The notes beneath the pieces are model-generated. The model saw only the letters and a program-made list of their open reading frames with translations, searched no databases and was not told the DNA's origin. The translations under genes and the position numbers were made by a program. A stretch of DNA of 64,000 nucleotides from an uncultured Eubacteriales bacterium (GTDB taxonomy: Bacteria; Bacillota; Clostridia; Christensenellales; CAG-138). This document shows positions 61,862-64,000 of the stretch, one piece after another. Location: contig OW818651.1 of assembly GCA_942492885.1 (NCBI GenBank), positions 2,306,959 through 2,370,958 of the forward strand. Reading direction: 5' to 3'. The first letter of the stretch is position 1, and each line of letters begins with the position of its first letter.

Positions 61862-62257
61862 TCATGATTCCTTCGAGTTACGTTCGCATTCCGAGCAGAT
61901 ACCTTTAAAAACAATATCATGTCCAGTAAATGAAAAGCCGTGTGTATCTTTGATCGTTTTCTCCAAATCCGCCTTATATTCCATGTCCACATCAAAAACA
62001 CGGCCACACTTGACACACTTGGCATGGTAATGATTGCTGCAGATATGGTCAAATCGATCAGCACTACCGGGGAACTCTCGTTTCCGAATTTCGCCTAAGT
62101 CGGATAACCGCTGCAGATTCCGATACACGGTTCCTCTGCTGATATGTGGGTGTTCTTTTACGATTGCACTATATACCTCGTCTGCAGTCGCGTGGCAACT
62201 CAATTTGTTGACAGCCTCAAGTACCAAAGCGCATTGAATCGTATTTCGTCTAATCAT
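61862..62257 (-). CDS. Fur family transcriptional regulator
   Basis: 131 aa. HTH region ISRGTVYRNL, HHAKCVKCG ... CSEC metal sites. Confidence 0.85.
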   Translation of the reverse strand: MIRRNTIQCALVLEAVNKLSCHATADEVYSAIVKEHPHISRGTVYRNLQRLSDLGEIRKREFPGSADRFDHICSNHYHAKCVKCGRVFDVDMEYKADLEKTIKDTHGFSFTGHDIVFKGICSECERNSKES

Positions 62258-62458
62258 ACAGCCATCCTAGTACAGTATAGAATCTTTATTAGTATAATAT
62301 CTCAATAAGGACAATATGTCAATCTTTCATTCGAATCTGTAAAGCGCACACTCAGTTTTCCGCAAATCTCTCCAATGGCAGCAACTAAGAATTCAGGAAA
62401 ATTCTGCGTTCGCGATGCATCCCTTGATGTTTTGAAAAACGAAAAGTGAGAAAACGCT

Positions 62459-62542
62459 CCCCCACTCCACGACCCGTAGACCCCACCACCCCCTCCACTG
62501 ATGTATAATACCCTTGTCGGCGCACGCACATGAAAAATCCCC
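62459..62542. repeat. 85-bp direct repeat, copy 2
   Basis: Same sequence as 60967-61051 with three substitutions and a one-base length difference in the leading C-run. Contains a TATAAT box and lies just upstream of the GIY-YIG gene. Confidence 0.9.
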
Positions 62543-62565
62543 GCGCCGGACACGGAGCAACAAAC

Positions 62566-62910
62566 ATGAAACCCCAAAACAAAAAAGACCTCATCGCCGC
62601 CTACAAACAGCGCGCGCAAATCGGCGGCATTTACGCCGTAACCAACACCCAAACGGGGCGCTCCCTCGTTCTGGCGAGCGCGGAGATCGGCGGCATCCGC
62701 AAGCGATACGAGTTTGCCGAGGCGACCGGCGGTTGCTTCCACCCAAAGTTGCAGGAGGACGCGAAAACCTACGGCAACGGCGCGTTCACCTTTGCCGTGC
62801 TGGAGGAGATGGAGAAAAAGGCAACCCAGACCGACCGCGAGTTTGCGGACGATCTGGATGTGCTGCTCAGCCTCTGGCTGGAGAAATATGATCGGGCAAC
62901 ATTATATTGA
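62566..62910 (+). CDS. GIY-YIG domain protein
   Basis: GGIYAVTNTQTGRSLVLAS (GIY) ... YEF ... FTFAVLEE. The start is uncertain: ATG 62566 was chosen, and ATG 62530 lies inside the repeat. Confidence 0.65.
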   Translation: MKPQNKKDLIAAYKQRAQIGGIYAVTNTQTGRSLVLASAEIGGIRKRYEFAEATGGCFHPKLQEDAKTYGNGAFTFAVLEEMEKKATQTDREFADDLDVLLSLWLEKYDRATLY

Positions 62911-63160
62911 GAAGATACTCCGACAGGAGAAAAACAATCCGGCAACATTATATTGAACGGTAAGAAGGCACGCGAGAATGCGTGTCTTTTTGCTTGCCGC
63001 AAAGCGCAGGGGCGCGCAACACATCCGCCGGAAAGCGTTGACGCGCGGGGCTGAATAATAATACAATGATATCTGCTGAAAGCCGCGGAAAAGGCGGATT
63101 GCAGCGCGGATTGAAAACGAAAAGTGAGCGCGCGTGCGCCCTGAAACAAGGAGAAACCGG

Positions 63161-64000
63161 ATGAGTAACCTTTCGGACATCGAAATCGCACAGTCTTCCC
63201 CCATGCTGCCGATCTTGGATATCGCGCGCGGATTGAACATTGACGAGCGCTATGTCGAGCAATACGGCAAGTACAAGGCGAAGATCGACTATAATTTACT
63301 CCGCGATCTAAGCGAAAAACCCGACGGCAAGCTGATTCTCGTCACCGCGATTTCGCCGACGCCTGCGGGCGAAGGCAAGACCACCACAACTGTGGGACTC
63401 GCGGACGGGCTAAACCGCCTCGGCAAACGCGCGGTGGTCGCCCTGCGGGAACCGTCGCTTGGCCCCGTGTTTGGCATGAAGGGCGGAGCCGCCGGCGGCG
63501 GGCGCGCGCAGGTCGTGCCCATGGAGGACATCAACCTCCACTTTACGGGAGACTTTCACGCAATCGGCGCGGCGAACAACCTGCTCGCGGCGATGCTGGA
63601 TAACCACATCTATCAGGGCAACACGCTGGGCATCGACCCGCGCAGGATCACATGGAAACGTTGCGTCGATATGAACGATCGTCAGCTGCGTTTCATTGTG
63701 GACGGTCTCGGCGGCAGGGTCAACGGCACCCCGCGCGAGGACGGATACGACATCACGGTCGCGAGCGAAGTCATGGCGGTGCTATGCCTCGCGTCGGACG
63801 TGCTCGACCTCAAGGCGCGCCTTGGGCGCATCATCGTTGGCTACACCTACGACGAAAAGCCCGTCACGGCGGGCGACCTGAAGGCGGCGGGCGCGATGGC
63901 GGCGCTTTTAAAAGACGCGCTCAAGCCCAACCTTGTGCAGACGCTGGAGCATACGCCCGCGTTCGTGCACGGTGGCCCCTTTGCCAACATCGCCCACGGC
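63161..64000 (+). CDS. fhs: formate--tetrahydrofolate ligase, C-terminus beyond window
   Basis: [11 protein letters not shown]... [15 protein letters not shown] ... FTGDFHAI ... [16 protein letters not shown]. Frame is open to the window end, and GGAGAA precedes the ATG. Confidence 0.93.
   Translation, partial: MSNLSDIEIAQSSPMLPILDIARGLNIDERYVEQYGKYKAKIDYNLLRDLSEKPDGKLILVTAISPTPAGEGKTTTTVGLADGLNRLGKRAVVALREPSLGPVFGMKGGAAGGGRAQVVPMEDINLHFTGDFHAIGAANNLLAAMLDNHIYQGNTLGIDPRRITWKRCVDMNDRQLRFIVDGLGGRVNGTPREDGYDITVASEVMAVLCLASDVLDLKARLGRIIVGYTYDEKPVTAGDLKAAGAMAALLKDALKPNLVQTLEHTPAFVHGGPFANIAHG

Larger units (their letters stand above)
57946..62458. other. AT-rich 4.5-kb accessory region made of two modules separated by an 85-bp repeat copy
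   Basis: Composition drops right after the esterase terminator (about 57946) and returns to GC-rich at the second repeat copy (62459). No recombinase gene is present. Confidence 0.5.

Noticed and set aside
62530-62565. Longer start (MKNPRAGHGATN…) for the GIY-YIG gene
   Set aside because: This ATG lies inside the duplicated 85-bp repeat and has no RBS. ATG 62566 was preferred, but the choice remains uncertain.

Overview
The window looks like a high-GC Firmicutes/Clostridia-type chromosome segment. The backbone is housekeeping: typA, rpsF-ssb-rpsR, ileS with an Ile T-box leader, argS, serS, rpoB-rpoC, rpsL-rpsG-fusA-tuf, and the start of fhs. Ordinary metabolic, transporter and regulator genes sit between them. 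No rRNA, tRNA, CRISPR array, integrase or transposase was recognised.

Four visibly AT-rich insertions interrupt the backbone. Single 60-nt lines I counted there are 27-32% GC, against 60-67% in flanking lines.
(1) 10.8-11.7 kb: a single DUF2971-like gene.
(2) 16.67-19.86 kb: a three-gene operon (unknown protein, palm/class-III-cyclase-like protein, GalK-like GHMP kinase). It is bracketed exactly by a perfect 14-bp direct repeat and lies immediately upstream of the ileS promoter.
(3) 58.0-61.0 kb: three translationally coupled genes encoding a thymidylate-synthase-fold enzyme, a radical-SAM/SPASM enzyme, and a family-4-UDG-like domain fused to a Panacea/DUF4065 domain.
(4) 61.05-62.46 kb: a Fur-family regulator plus a QueD/PTPS-like gene with a zinc ribbon, bracketed by about 85-bp near-identical direct repeats.

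Separately, a high-GC five-gene operon at 46.99-55.63 kb encodes a lipoprotein with a degenerate vWA-like core, a 4-TM protein, an FtsZ/tubulin-superfamily GTPase, a 1109-aa protein with a complete Hsp70/actin-fold ATPase domain, and a bitopic membrane protein. The ATPase domain is encoded by an internal AT-rich tract, so the gene is compositionally mosaic.

The three multi-gene modules (58.0-61.0 kb, 16.7-19.9 kb, 47.0-55.6 kb) are my best candidates for an undescribed system. All functional calls rest on motif recognition by eye and need profile or structure searches.
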